Source: Mobula hypostoma (lineage: Eukaryota). From it: DNA of 64,000 nucleotides. The notes under the pieces are model-generated. The model did not search any database. It saw only the letters and a list, made by a program, of their open reading frames with translations, and was not told where the DNA came from. The stretch lies in NCBI RefSeq assembly GCF_963921235.1, contig NC_086118.1, positions 54,312,001-54,376,000 of the forward strand. Reading direction: 5' to 3'. Of the stretch, positions 28,092-41,030 are shown in pieces. A program made the position numbers and the translations under genes. Positions within the stretch are counted from its first letter, which is position 1; each line of letters starts with the position of its first letter.

Positions 28092-30065
28092 AGCAACACA
28101 CATCAAAGTTGCTGGTGAACGCAGCAGGCCAGGCAGCATCTCTAGGAAGAGGTACAGTCGACATTTCGGGCTGAGACCCTTCGTCAGGACTAACTGAAGG
28201 AAGAGTGAGTAAGAGATTTGAAAGTGGGTGGGGGAGGGGGAGATCCAAAATGATAGGAGAAGACAGGAGGGGGAGGGATGGAGCCAAGAGCTGGACAGGT
28301 GATAGGCAAAAGGGATATGAGAGGATCGTGGGACAGGAGGTCCAGGGAGAAAGACAAGGGGCGGGGGAACCCAGAGGATGGGCAAGGGGTATAGTCAGAG
28401 AGACAGAGGGAGAAAAAGGAGAGTGAGAGAAAGAATGTGTATAAAAATAAGTAACAGATGGGGTACGAGGGGGAGGTGGGGCATTAGCGGAAGTTTGAGA
28501 AGTCAGTGTTGATGCCATCAGGTTGGAGGCTACCCAGACAGAATATGAGGTGTTGTTCCTCCAACCTGAGTGTGGCTTCATCTTTACAGTAGAGGAGGCC
28601 GTGGATAGACATGTCAGAATGGGAATGGGATGTGGAATTAAAATGTGTGGCCACTGGGAGATCCTGCTTTCTCTGGCGGACAGAGCGTAGGTGTTCAGCA
28701 AAGTGGTCTCCCAGTTTGTGTCGGGTCTCGCCAATATATAGAAGGCCACATCGGGAGCACCGGACGCAGTATATCACCCCAGCCGACTCACAGGTGAAGT
28801 GTCGCCTCACCTGGAAGGACTGTCTGGGGCCCTGAATGGTGGTAAGGGAGGAAGTGTAAGGGCATGTGTAGCACTTGTTCCGCTTACAAGGATAAGTGCC
28901 AGGAGGGAGATCAGTGGGGAGGGATGGGGGGGACGAATGGACAAGGGAGTCGCGTAGGAAGCGATCCCTGCGGAAAGCAGGGGTGGGGAGGGAAAGATGT
29001 GCTTAGTGGTGGGATCCCGTTGGAGGTGGCGGAAGTTACGGAGAATAATATGTTGGACCTGGAGGCTGGTGGGGTGGTAGGTGAGGACCAGGGGAACCCT
29101 ATTCCTAGTGGGGTGGCGGGAGGATGGAGTGAGAGCAGATGTGCGTGAAATGGGGGAGATGCGTTTGAGAGCAGAGTTGATGGTGGATGAGGGGAAGCCC
29201 CATTCTTAAAAAAAGGAAGACATTGCCTTCATCCTAGAATGAAAAACCTCATCCTGAGAGCAGATGCGGCGGAGACGGAGGAATTGCAAGAAGGGGATGG
29301 CATTTTAGCAAGAGACAAGGTGGGAAGAGGAATAGTCCAGGTAGTTGTGAGAGTCCATAGGCTTATAGTGGACATCAGTAGACAAGCTGTCTCCAGAGAC
29401 AGAGACAGAAAGATCAAGAAAGGAGAGGGAGGTGTCAGAAATGGACCAGGTAAATTTGAGGGCAGGGTGAAAGTTGGAGGCAAAGTTAATGAAGTCAACA
29501 AACTCATCATGTGTGCAGGAAGCAGCACCAATGCAGTTGTCGATGTAGCAAAGGAAAAGTGGGGGACAGATACCAGTATATGCCTGGAACATGGACTGTT
29601 CCACAAAGCCAACAAAAAGGCAGGCATAGCTGGGACACATACAGGTGCCCATGGCTACACCATTAGTTTGGAGGAAGTGGGAGGAGCCAAAGGAGAAATT
29701 ATTAAGAGTGAGGACTGATTCTCCTAGACGGAGGAGAGTGGTGGTAGAGGGGAACTGGTTACGTCTGGAATCCAAAAAGAAGTGGAGAGCTTTGAGACCT
29801 TCCGGGTGGAGGATGGAGGTATATAGGGTCTGGACATCCATGGTGAAAATAAGGCAGTGGGGGCCAGGGAACTTAAAATCATTGAAAAAATTCAGAGTGA
29901 GAAGTGTCATGAACATAGGTGGGAAGGGATTGGATAAAGGGGGATAAAACAGTGTCAAGGTATGCAAAAATGAGTTCAGTGGGGCAGGAGCAAGCTGAGA
30001 CAATGGGATATTTGGAGATTTCATGAACTCCAGGATCAAGCCAAATGAAGTAGAAGAGGTAAAGG
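28092..30065 (-). mobile_element. Penelope-like retroelement, young, 5'-truncated: RT, GIY-YIG endonuclease and 3' pLTR
   Basis: RT motifs TMDVQTLYTSI, GVAMGT.M.PSYACLF, YIDN (catalytic D to N) and FLDL. GIY-YIG with Cys motif GVIYCVRCSRCGLLYIGET. A premature stop at about 29305 makes the copy inactive. Confidence 0.92.
28156..28191 (-). ncRNA. Minimal type-I hammerhead ribozyme motif, sense to PRKCA pre-mRNA (intron 10)
   Basis: Minus strand: AGTC CTGACGA A GGG TCTCAG CCC GAAA TGTC GACT. Core intact, GUC cleavage triplet, stem III palindrome changed from ACGU to AUGU. Confidence 0.7.
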
Positions 30066-31249
30066 AATAAAACTGGGAGATTTCCAAAAAGAAATTGCAT
30101 ACTTAGTTTTAAAACTGCTTTGGTTGTGGATCCCTTGCTGTAAACTTTAGAAGCACCCAATACTTTCACACCATAGGCTGAGGATTGGGACTTGGGGTCA
30201 GGTTGATGAGAAGGAGACTGAGGGTGTTGGGGGCAGTGATAATTAGATGAATCAAAGCCTGGAATATCTGGATTGGGGCCTTAGAGGCAGCAATCAGATG
30301 GATGTTTGGGCCTCTGATATAAGCCTTGTGGAGTCACTGAGCCTGTGGAAAGAGAACAATTGTTGGAGGTTGCTCGTGGTTTGGGGAATCGGTCAAATTT
30401 CCTCTCTAACATCTACTGATCCTATAATTCTCATTACTGCAGTTCACTCCTGAAAGTTCATCTCAATCATGTAGCACTGAAGAGGCAAAAACTAGGAGAT
30501 TGAATTTGTTGTAATATCCTTTTAAAAAAAAGCCAATTGCTCCAGTTTCATTATGTCATTGAAAGAATATTACTGAACACTTACTGTGAAATTGAAGAGG
30601 GCTATTAAGTTTGTAAGAATAACATTCTAAATAAGTGGCTATAGACAAGATGAGAACGTGGAGGACGCTACAAAAGGATCATTATTTTATAAACATGCAA
30701 GTAGAAAAAAACAAACGGAATCACGGGAGTGAGGTCTGTTGAATAGCAACACCAATGATCAATTATGTAATAATTATTTCCCTTTTGGTTTTTGCTAAGA
30801 GCAGGATATTAGAGAGGAGGGGAATCCTGAAGTGATTGAGAGTGAGAGGGATTATATGACAGTATGTGAGTAAATTTTTTCAGTGTTGATTGAGCTAAAT
30901 AAAGAAGAGTGTGGGCCAACAGGATTGATCAGAGGATGAGGTTGGAGACCAAGGAAGGAAACTAATGAAGTCCTAGAAGTTAAATTATTGAGAGCGGACA
31001 TGCACATTAGGAGTGGAAAGAAGTCCGCAGGGAGATAAAAGTAGGTGTACTCATGATTTAACACGGGGGGTTGATTAGAAATTTCTTCAGATCTTTCAAA
31101 TTATGTAACTGATTAATAAAACTGCATGCTTTAATTGACCAGCTCCATGTTAATACCTTTTGCATAAACATGCCTACTTCTTTGTACATTGGCTTCAAAC
31201 ATGCACAATCTTAGAATCATCTTAAGTAACTGTTTAACGTTAATATTTA

Positions 31250-32895
31250 ATGTCAACATAAACTGCTTACAGAAACCTTTGTGACAGCAAGGCAATGAGT
31301 GATGCAACAAAAGGAAAGCCCCCTCTCCCCCTGAGGAACAGGCACCCTGTCTGACCACAGTCAAGGTGAGGAGGATCCTAGCCAGGGTAAATCAACGCAA
31401 AGCTGCAGGGCCACACAACATACCCGATTGTGCAGCCCAGCTAACAGAGGTCTTAATGAATAGGCTTAATGTCTCTTTGCAACAGTTCACTGTACCTACA
31501 GGCTTCAAGGCAGCCACCACCATTCCATTGCCCAAGAGAGTATGGTAACCGGCCTAAACAATTACCACCCAGTGGCACTGACCTCAACAATCATTAAGTG
31601 CTTTGAGTGGCTGGTAATGGATCATATAAAGTCTCACCTTCCAGCTACATTGGACCTTTTCCAGTTCGCTTATGACTCAAACGGGTGCTTCAGCCCCTCC
31701 ACTCCGTCCTGCCCCACCTAGGAAACAATGCCTCATAGGCCAGGTTATCGTTCATCAACCTCAGCTCGACATTTAACATGGTCATTCCTCAGAGGTTGGT
31801 GGGTAAATTACCCTCACTGGGGCTCAACACCCCTCTCTGTAACTGGATCTTGGACTACTTGATCCCAATCAAATCAAGTTAGCAGCAACATCTCAAGCTC
31901 CATCGTGCTGAGCACTGATGTCCCCCAGGGATGTGTGCTCAGCCCACTGCTCACTCTCGACTGCACTGCCAGATCCAGCTCAAACCACATCATCAAGTTC
32001 GCTGAAATGCCACAGTGGTTGGCTTCATCATCAACAACGATGAGTCGGCATACAGAGAGGAGGTAGACAGGCTTGTCACATGGTGTGAGAACAACAACCG
32101 GAGTCTCAGCATGGACCAGACAAAAGAGATGATTGGGGACTTCAGGAAGGCACAGGTCAACCACTCTGCATTGCACATCAAAGACTCTGCCGTGGAGAGA
32201 GTGAAGAACACAAAGTTCCTTGATGTGCACTTAATGACTGATCTAAACTGGACCCACAACACCTCCTCATTAGTCAAGAAGGCACAGCAATGTCTACACT
32301 TCCTGATAAGATTAAGGCATGCAAAGCTTTCTGCCCCAATTCTAATAACTTTCTAAAGGAGCACAATCAAGAATATCCTGTCTGGCTGCATCATTGTGTG
32401 GAATGGAAGCTACAAAGCATTGGACTGCACGACCTTACAGTGCACAATAAGAAACTGCTGAGGGGATGACCAGGGTCTCCTTCCCCACTATTTGTGACAT
32501 TTACTGGGAACGTTATATGTGAAGGGCCTGAAGCATTGTTGAGGATCCCTTCCACCCATCCTGTAATCTTTTTGACACACTCACTGCAGTCAAGTGGGAA
32601 GTACAAGAGCATCAGGACCAGGACTGCCAGACTGGGTAACAGCTTCTTCCCTCAGACTGTGAGACTACCGAATACCCTGCCACCACCGCTATCTCATCAC
32701 TAGGACAGTGAGTTGTTTACTGTTTACCTGTGCTGCACACTACATGCCGTTTAAATTATATTTTATTAACTAAATTGTGGTAATATTTTATTCGATGTGC
32801 TGTGTGTGATACATGTATTATGGGTGCACTGTGTTTTGGAGAAATGTTTGGTTATATGCATGTACTGTACAGTCAAATGATAAACTTGAACTTGA
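31250..32895 (+). mobile_element. Rex1/Babar LINE, 5'-truncated, degraded RT plus 3' UTR
   Basis: RKAAGP, PQGCVLSPLL, ESAYREEVDRLVTWCENN, KTKEM..DFRK and VKKAQQCLHFL remnants. Tail taaacttgaacttga. Confidence 0.85.
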
Positions 32896-34089
32896 ATTAG
32901 CAAGAGATGGAGGATTATGCTCTTTTTAAACAAAGTTCCTTGTTAAATGCCAATGCTATTTGGAATTATCCAGTTCTATTAAGATTCTAGAATAGTTCAA
33001 TATTTCCCTTTAAGAATATAGTTTTGTCAGCTGGAACTACATGTGAAATAAAAAAATACAGCCCAATGAAAATTAATCTAAAAACCACCAGATATTGTTG
33101 TGCTCTGACAGGAATTAAGAGTGAAGTAGAAAAGGTACAAAACAAAGCCAAAAAAAGCCTCATCCTGTGGAAGACTTCGAGGGTTCAGATTAAACTGCAA
33201 CAGTTCTGCGAATGACAAAATTTTTATTTTTAAGTAGAGATTTAATGAAGGATTTTTCGGCACTAAATTTGAATGTATATACAGGAGAAGTAGCATGAAA
33301 ATATGTAAGAAAATCAAGCACTCAGAAATAAATTAATGCCTATTAATAAAATAAAGCAATAAATTAAGGTTACAAATGGACTGAAACTGGATTTGGAGTT
33401 GAGGGGTTTGGAGAGGGGATTCATAATTAGATTTCATGCTTACGAAGCATCCATCTGCATCGCAAGGATCTTCTAGTTTGAGAAAGTCCAAACTCAAAAC
33501 CTTGTGGCTCCCTAATACTTGAAGGAATATTAGGTATTACACCGGGAATTAATTTGATTGAGGTTGCTTCAGAGCTGTTGTTGAAAGTGTCAGTTTTAAG
33601 CACAGAAGTTACAGAAAAAATTATAAAAATGATTAGGAAAACATGAGGTTAAAGTAGAAACTGGAATTTCCTAACAAATTTTAAGGTAAGAATAATTCTA
33701 ACAATTAAACGTAAAAACACAGAACAGTACAGCACAGGAAAAGGGGCCCCACAATATTAAGATGAAATAATTAGTCATTAAATGCCCAACTAAACTAATT
33801 CCTTTTCTTTGTACAATATTCATATCCTTCCATTCCTTGTATGTTCATGTACCTATCTAAGAGTCTCTTGGACGCCTCTATTGCATTGGCATTCACCACT
33901 ATTTCTGGCAATGTCCATCATTCCCTGCGTAAAAAAAAACTTGGCCCACCTGTCTTCTTTAAACTTACACCCTCTCACCTTAAATGAATGCCCTCTGCTA
34001 TTAGACATTTTAACCTTGGAAAAAGGGTAATGTCTGTCTACTCTATCAATGCCTATCGTAAGCATATAAACCTCTATCAGGTCATTTTT

Positions 34090-35016
34090 GGCGATTCTGT
34101 TTGGGGGGGGTGTTAATCACAACCGGAATATAGGTGATAAGTGGCTAATGCACTCAATTTCGTTTCTAAAAGGATTTATCTAACGAATTTAATATTAAAC
34201 ACACAGCGCATCTTTTTCTCGCATGAATATAGTGATAAGTCAATTATCGGGGAGGACGGGAGCTTGAAGTAAGTGTTGAACGAACTTATAGTAGAAATGG
34301 TAGAGGCAGGTTCGACGTTATCATTTAAAGAAAAATTGGATAGGTATATGGACAGGAAAGGAATAGAGGGTTATGGGCTGAGTGCAGGTCGGTGGGGCTA
34401 GGTGAGAGTAGCGTTCAGCATGGACTAGCAGGGCAGAGGTGGCCTGTTTCCGTGCTGTAATTGTTATATGGTTATATAAGTCACTTATAAGTCAGTAGCA
34501 TCATAACATTTTAAGTAACATTTGGATATTAATCACGCAGCACATATTTTCCCCGTATGAACATATAAAATCATTGCAACACACCAATATCGCTGAATCA
34601 GTGGGAGCCCTGGGCTTGTTTTCCTGCAACAAGACGGTCCTATCGAGGGGCGATGGGAGACAGCGATACTCGAAGGAGGTTCCTTATGTCCAGTCTATTC
34701 TGCAATTTAGTTTTCGTTGCGTTCATTGCAGAGATATGTTGGAAATGGAAGCAATGTTTTCAGTGCTTTCGTGGCTATCTCAGGATATTCAGCCTTGACT
34801 TCGATCCAGAATGCCAGCAGAGATGTTATGTCAAACATACTTTTCAGCCCGCTGTCATTTGCAAGCTCGAGGAGTTGATCTTCCCACGCTGACATGGATG
34901 ACGCGTAGATAATGACCTTGCATGCGTTCAAATTCAACAGTGGGCGTGACAGGGAATGAGGAAAGGTTTCCTCACGGCCCGGTACCGGTCCGCGGCCCGG
35001 TGGTTGGGGACCGCTG
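34090..35016 (-). mobile_element. hAT (Charlie/Buster-type) non-autonomous element with transposase C-terminus and internal CR1 tail (about 34250-34478)
   Basis: TIR CAGCGGTCCCCAACC ends at 35016. Dimerisation-domain remnant FWIEVKAEYPEIATKALKTLLPFPT and terminal DRLVAGKQAQGSH* (stop at 34598-34600). Confidence 0.85.
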
Positions 35017-35272
35017 GTATGGGGCATGTTCTGCTTGCAAGGGGAAGTGCCAGGAAGGACAAATGCACAAGGGAGTCACATAGGGAGCAATCCCTTCGTA
35101 AAGCAGAAAGTGGGGAGGGAAAGACGTGCTGCTTGGTGGTGGGATCCCATTGGAGATGGTGGAAGTTTTGGAGAATTATGTGCTGGATGCGGAGGCTGGT
35201 GGAGTGGTAGGTGAGGACAAGGGGAATCCTATCCCAAGTAGGGTGGCGGTAGGATGGGGGAGAGCAGACGTG
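35017..35272 (-). mobile_element. Penelope internal fragment
   Basis: Homologous to about 28860-29145 of the larger Penelope copy. Confidence 0.75.
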
Positions 35273-35983
35273 CGTCGTCAGAGATCCCCACCACCCAGGT
35301 CATGCTCTCTTCTCACTGCTGTCATCAGGTAGAAGGTACAAGAGCCTCAGGACTCACCACCACCAGGTTCAAAAACAGTTTCTACCTCTCAACCATTCGG
35401 TCCTTGAATAAAAGTAGACAACTACACTCATTTGCCCTATCAGTGAAATGTTCCCGCTTTGTGAAGCATGCTCCTCAAGACTTGGCTTAAACTAATAAAG
35501 GAATTAGTATTTTATCTACCTCCTGCAACAAGTCTGTGCTGGATTGTGATTCATGACAGACTGGTTCAGTACATTTCTCGCATATCTCACTATCTAAAAT
35601 ATTTAAGTTTGGTGACATCACATACAGAACTGAAGATGCCATCATTTATCCTGTCTTCAAATTCAGCTCATTCGGTCTCCCCCACAAAATTTGAACTTTC
35701 CATCCTGGGCAACATCCTGGTGAATCTGCTCTATATCTCCCCAGTTCATTCACATCCATTCTGTAAAGTGGTAATTAAAACTGCACACAAATGGCCAGCT
35801 GTGGTCTAAACAAAGTTTTATAATGGCCTTCATATTGTTTTATTCTATACCCCAGTAAATAAAGACCAACAACTTACATGCCTTCTTCACTACCTCACCT
35901 ACATGTGAGAGTCTGTGGAGTCATAGATCAAATTCCCTCACTACTCCCAAAGGCCCTGCCATGCATGATATATCCTTATTAAT

Positions 35984-36275
35984 AGGCATTCGTTACTCTC
36001 GTGAGACCATGGATTTGCACCTTGGAAGGTTTCCAGGACGCAGGCCTGGGCAAGGTTGTATGGAAGACCGGCAGTTGCCCATGCTGCAAGTCTCCCCTCT
36101 CCATGCCACCGATGTTGTCCAAGGCAAGGGCACTAGGGCCAATACAGATTGGCACTGGTGTCATTGCAGAGTACTGTGTGGTTAAGTGCCTTGCTGAAGG
36201 ACACAACACGCTGCCTCGGCTGGGGCTCGAACTAGCAACCTTCAGATCACTAGACCGACACCTTAACCACTTGAT
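35984..36275 (-). mobile_element. tRNA-derived SINE (CORE-like central motif)
   Basis: A and B boxes plus a gtgtccttcagcaaggcacttaac motif. Closely similar to 37109-37415. Confidence 0.8.
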
Positions 36276-37108
36276 TAACGCATCATATATCCTTACTGGG
36301 CCATACAAAATGCATAACTTGCCCTTATCGGGATTAAGTTTCATCTCCCTTTGCTCGAGCAAACTTTCCAGCTGGCCAGTTATTGTTCGTCAACCGAAGA
36401 GAATTCTTTGATTATCAACACCACTAGCACTTTTTGTGTCATCAATAAACTTGCTAATTGCACCTATTGATGAAACCCTGATGTCAATGCTGGGCTATGA
36501 AGCTCAGCTAGTAAGAAGTGAGCCAAAGTTTCAGCATGCCAGGTTCCAGAGTCTGCAGCACCCAAAGACGAAATGTCACAAAATTGTACAGCACAGAAAA
36601 TTGTACTGACCATCAAGTAGCTAATTATTCTGATCCATTTAACAACACTTTATCTAAAGCCTTACTTTGTCATGGCAGTGCAAGTGCTCGACTGAATACT
36701 ACTGAAGTGTTGTGAGTGTCTTTGCTTCGACCTGCCCCTCAAACAGTGCATTTCAGTTTCCAGCCACCCTCTGAGTGAAAAAGTTCTTCCTCAGATTCCT
36801 TCTGTGTCTTATTCACTACTCTAAACCTATGCTTTCTAAGTTATTTAATTATCAAAGTACATACATGTCTCCACATACAGCCCTGAGATTCATTTTCTTG
36901 TAGGCATTCACAGTAAACACAAAGAAACACAATAGAATCAATGAAAAAATGCACACAAGACAGACAATCAATGTGAAAAGACAAACTGCAAATACAAAAA
37001 AAATTTAAAAATTAAATAAACAATAAATATCAAGAACATGAGATGAAGAGTTCTTGGAAGTGAGTCCATTGTTTGTGGGGGAAAAATCCTTACTATCTAC
37101 CCTTTTGT

Positions 37109-37415
37109 GGGCACGTGGCCAAGTGGTTAAAGCATTGGACTAGTGATCTGAAGGTCGTGAGTTCCAGCTCCAGCCGAGGCAGCACGTTGTGTCCTTGAGC
37201 AAGGCACTTAATCGCACATTGCTCTGTGGTGACACTGGTGCCAAGCTGTATGGGTCCTAATGCCCTTTCCTTGGACAACATCAGTGTCGTGGAGAGGGGA
37301 GACTTGCAGCATGGGCAACTGCTGGTCTTCCATACAACCTTGCCCAGGCCTGCACCCTGGAGAGTGAAGACTTTCCAGGCGCAGATCCATTGTCTCGCAA
37401 GACTAACGGATGCCT
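37109..37415 (+). mobile_element. tRNA-derived SINE (same family as 35984-36275)
   Basis: gtggccaagtggttaa (A box), gagttccagctcc (B box), gtgtccttgagcaaggcacttaa. Confidence 0.8.
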
Positions 37416-38324
37416 TAACCTACCCTTTTGTCCTTCATAATTTTGTTTAACTCGATTGTTGTATACGTACTTCTGTATTGAAAATGTTTCAACCTAACGT
37501 ACAGAGGGGGACGGGATTGTTAGTAATAATACATTTGACTGTGAATTAACTTAATTCACTAGTTTTGAACTAAAGAAAGATGCATTAAACAGGAGGAACA
37601 AACTGGCATTCCTGTTGTGAGGCTCCTTCAGGTTTCAATCGAAACCAAATTACACTGTCTGCTGCCAGCATAGCTAGAATGCAATTATTTTCTTGGAGAC
37701 GTGGTATTCTGCCAGAAGAGAAAGGATGCTTTTCCCTGCATGGCTTTGCCCACTACAGACGTCAAAATTATAAATCCTGCTTCTCTAAACAGCAGTGGAT
37801 TGAATAGGATAGGAAAAAAATATACCTCTGCAACTATTAGAAACTTAAAAACTTGTCTTTCTGTATGTACGTATCAGTGTTCATCTCTGGGACAACTTGC
37901 TGTAAAACACTGCAATTCAAGACTGTCATCTCAGGTGGGTGACCTGGTCATCACTTGTCCCTACATTAGAAGACAGATCGCCCCGTTGCTGTCACAGACT
38001 GGCTGCTTCGTTCTCCTCTATTACAATATTAGCAATTCTGCAATAGTGGAAAACAAAGTAAGCTGCATGTGCTGGAATATGAACCAAAAGCAGAAATGCT
38101 TGAAGAACTCAGCCAGTCAGGGATTCTCAATTCTGAAGGAAGAGTTGCTGACTTAAAACATTCATTGGTTTATCTTTTAATAGATGCTGCTTAATTGGGC
38201 AAGTCCTTCCAGCATGTGGTTTTGCTACAAAAATGTTTTAATGGCTGCAACGACTGCAAAAAGCACAGTGTAAAGTGCAATTCGTTAGTCCCATTTTCAG
38301 ATTTCCCAAACTTTCCTCACTGAA

Positions 38325-39292
38325 AGACCACAGTCTGTGCAGATCAGAAATAACATCTCCAGCTTATTGATAATCAACACTGGTAGCCTTAAGGGATATG
38401 TGCTTAGCCCACTGCTCTACTCTCTCTACATCCATGACCGTGTGGCTAGGCACAGTGTAAATGCCAGCTATTAATTTGCTGACAACACAACTATTGTTGG
38501 TAGAATTTCAGATGATGACTAGAAGGCATACAGGAGCATGACAGATCAGCTGGTTGAGAGGTGTTGCAGCAACAACCTTGTACTCAACGTCAGTAAGACC
38601 AAAGAATTGACTGTGGACTTTGGAAAGGGTAAGGTGGGGTTCTCATCAGCAAATCAGATATGGAAAGGAATTTCATGTTCCTGAGCGTCAACATCTCTGA
38701 TGATTTATCCTGAGCCCAACATACAAAGAAGGCACAAAAGCTGATATATTTCATTAGGAGCTTGACGAGATTTGGTATGTTACCAAAGATACTTGCAAAT
38801 TTCTACAGATGTACTGTGGAGAGCTTTCTAACTGGTTGTATTACCGTCTGGTATGGAGGGGGGGAGACTGCACAGGATCCAAATAAGCTGCAGAAAGCTG
38901 TAAACTCGGTCATCTCCATCATTGGCACTAGCCTCCCCAGCATCCAGGACATTGACAAGGAGGTGGCATTCATGATTAAAGACCCCTGTCACCCAGGACA
39001 TACCCTCTTCTCATGCTACCATCAGGTACGAGACCCTGAAGGCACAATCTCAAAGATTCTGGAACAGCTTCTTCCCCTCTACCATCAGATTTTTGAATGG
39101 ACATTGAACACATGAACACAACCTTACTTTTTTTTCTCTCTTTTTGCACAACTTATTTAATTTAACTTTTAAAATATATAAACACCTCAAACTATAATTT
39201 ACAGTTTTATTATGTATTGCAATATACTGCTGCCACATGGCAACAAATTTCACAACATGTGCCAGTGATATTAAACCTTATTCTGATTCTGA
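38325..39292 (+). mobile_element. Rex1/Babar LINE 3' fragment
   Basis: FYRCTVESFLTGCITVWYG and IKDP.HPGH remnants. Tail attaaaccttattctgattctga. Confidence 0.8.
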
Positions 39293-39889
39293 CTTTATTT
39301 CAAAACATGGTGCCTAGTTTGGTTTGAAAATCTTTCCTTTGGTTCGCACTCTCCCTTAGCACATTAAAAGTTTGTCCCTTGTATTTATTTTTTCTTCCTC
39401 TATCAAGTATTAGAAACAAGTGATGATATAAATAGAGCTTAAGAAGGATAAAGTTTTCAATTTTCACATCAGTTTGAAATCACCTCAGATAAGTTTTTCC
39501 CTGCATGATATCCAAGATCAAAGTTACCTTTTCAAAACCAATTGTCAGGATTGTATTTAAAGTGATAATGTTCTGAGGATTGTCAGTAAGTGCTGTGAGA
39601 AACACTTTTCTGTAGTCTCTGCAATGCTCTGAAGCCAGCCATAAAGTTTACTTTTTTACTTGTATCCAGGGCCTTTAATCTAACAACAAAGGGAAGAGAG
39701 TGAGATTCATGCCTCACTGTAACTTCAAAGTCTAATTATTCTTGTAATGCTGGAAATGTGACACCACTTTGGCCAGGTGTTCGTTCAATGCTAGAATACA
39801 AAAACTTCAGTCACAATCAAATCCAGAGTAATACTGAGTTGCCAGCTTCAGTCTGGCACAGCAACAACACTATCCATTGGCCCATAGCT

Positions 39890-40122
39890 GACGCTATGTG
39901 GACATCAGGACTATGAGGAGGGAACGTCGACTCAGACCATGAGAGGCCTGCGTCAGGCATTTTCATGCCTTACAAGGCGCAGATTGGAAGTCTATGTGGG
40001 GCGCCACTCCTCACACAGACTAGAGCAATGTGTGATTAAGTGCCTTGCTCAAGGGCACAAACACGCTGCCACAGCTGAGGCTCGAACTGACCTTGAGATA
40101 ACACACTTGGCCAACGTGCCCA
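39890..40122 (-). mobile_element. tRNA SINE with the same head and core as the 37109 copy but a different 3' half
   Basis: Shares cacgttggccaagtg and gtgcccttgagcaaggcacttaatcacacattgctct, then diverges. Confidence 0.7.
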
Positions 40123-40476
40123 ACACTATGAGGGTCTTATCTTCAGTACATAATCTTTGCTTTATACTAGCAGTGATCTTAAATTGAACAAATGCGTAGG
40201 AACAGAGGATCCTTTTAAGCTATGCACATTTACTATTACATATCTTAACATACTGCATCTCATATCTAACACATAAAAAATTGAATATCATATCTAAGCC
40301 AATTTACAGATTTGCTTCCACATGTTCCTGTTCCAGACATCTTGTTTTCTATCATTTATAAATAACCTCCTTCTGTAGTCTCTTTAGATCAAGAATGGCA
40401 GGCTCTGATTCTGAGGGAGAGGGTGATCTGTTATATGAATATGGAACATCACTGGCCACCTTACTAAGAATTGTTA

Positions 40477-41030
40477 GTCATAGCCATAGTCATACTTTAT
40501 TGATCCCGGGGGAAATTGGGTTTCGTTACAGTTGCACCAACCAAGAATAGAGTATAGATATAGCAATATAAAACCATAAATAATTAAATAATAATACGTA
40601 AATTATTATTTACAGGAAATAAGTCCAGGACCAGCCTATTGGCTCAGGGTGTCCGACCCTCCAAGGGAAGAGTTGTAAAGTTTGATGGTCACAGGCAGGA
40701 ATGACTTCCTATGATGCTCTGTGTTGCATCTCGGTGGAATGAGTCTCTGGCTGAATGTACTCCTGTGCCCACCCAGTACATTATGTAGTGGATGGGAGAC
40801 ATTGTCCAAGATGGCATGCAACTTGGACAGCATCCTCTTCTCAGACACCACCGTGAGAGAGTCCAGTTCCATCCCCACAACATCACTGGCCTTACGAATG
40901 TGTTTGTTGATTCTGTTGGTGTCTGCTACCCTCAGCCTGCTGCCCCAGCACACAACAGCAAACATGATAGCACTGGCCACCACAGACTCGTAGAACATCC
41001 TCAGCATCGTCCGGCAGATGTTAACGGACC
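40477..41030 (-). mobile_element. Rex/Babar-type LINE 3' end (young)
   Basis: ORF 40636-41007 LRMFYESVVASAIMFAVVCWGS...HPLH...RKSFLPVTIKLYN. Short-repeat tail (gtatgactatggctatgac on minus). Confidence 0.8.

Noticed and set aside
27838-28749. 303-aa ORF, the longest in the track
   Set aside because: It is an alternative frame across the Penelope endonuclease and pyrimidine-rich pLTR, with low-complexity Pro/Ser/Leu content and no domain.
28484-30087. Active or domesticated RT-endonuclease gene
   Set aside because: It is 5'-truncated, the catalytic YIDD is mutated to YIDN, and it has a premature stop and frameshifts.
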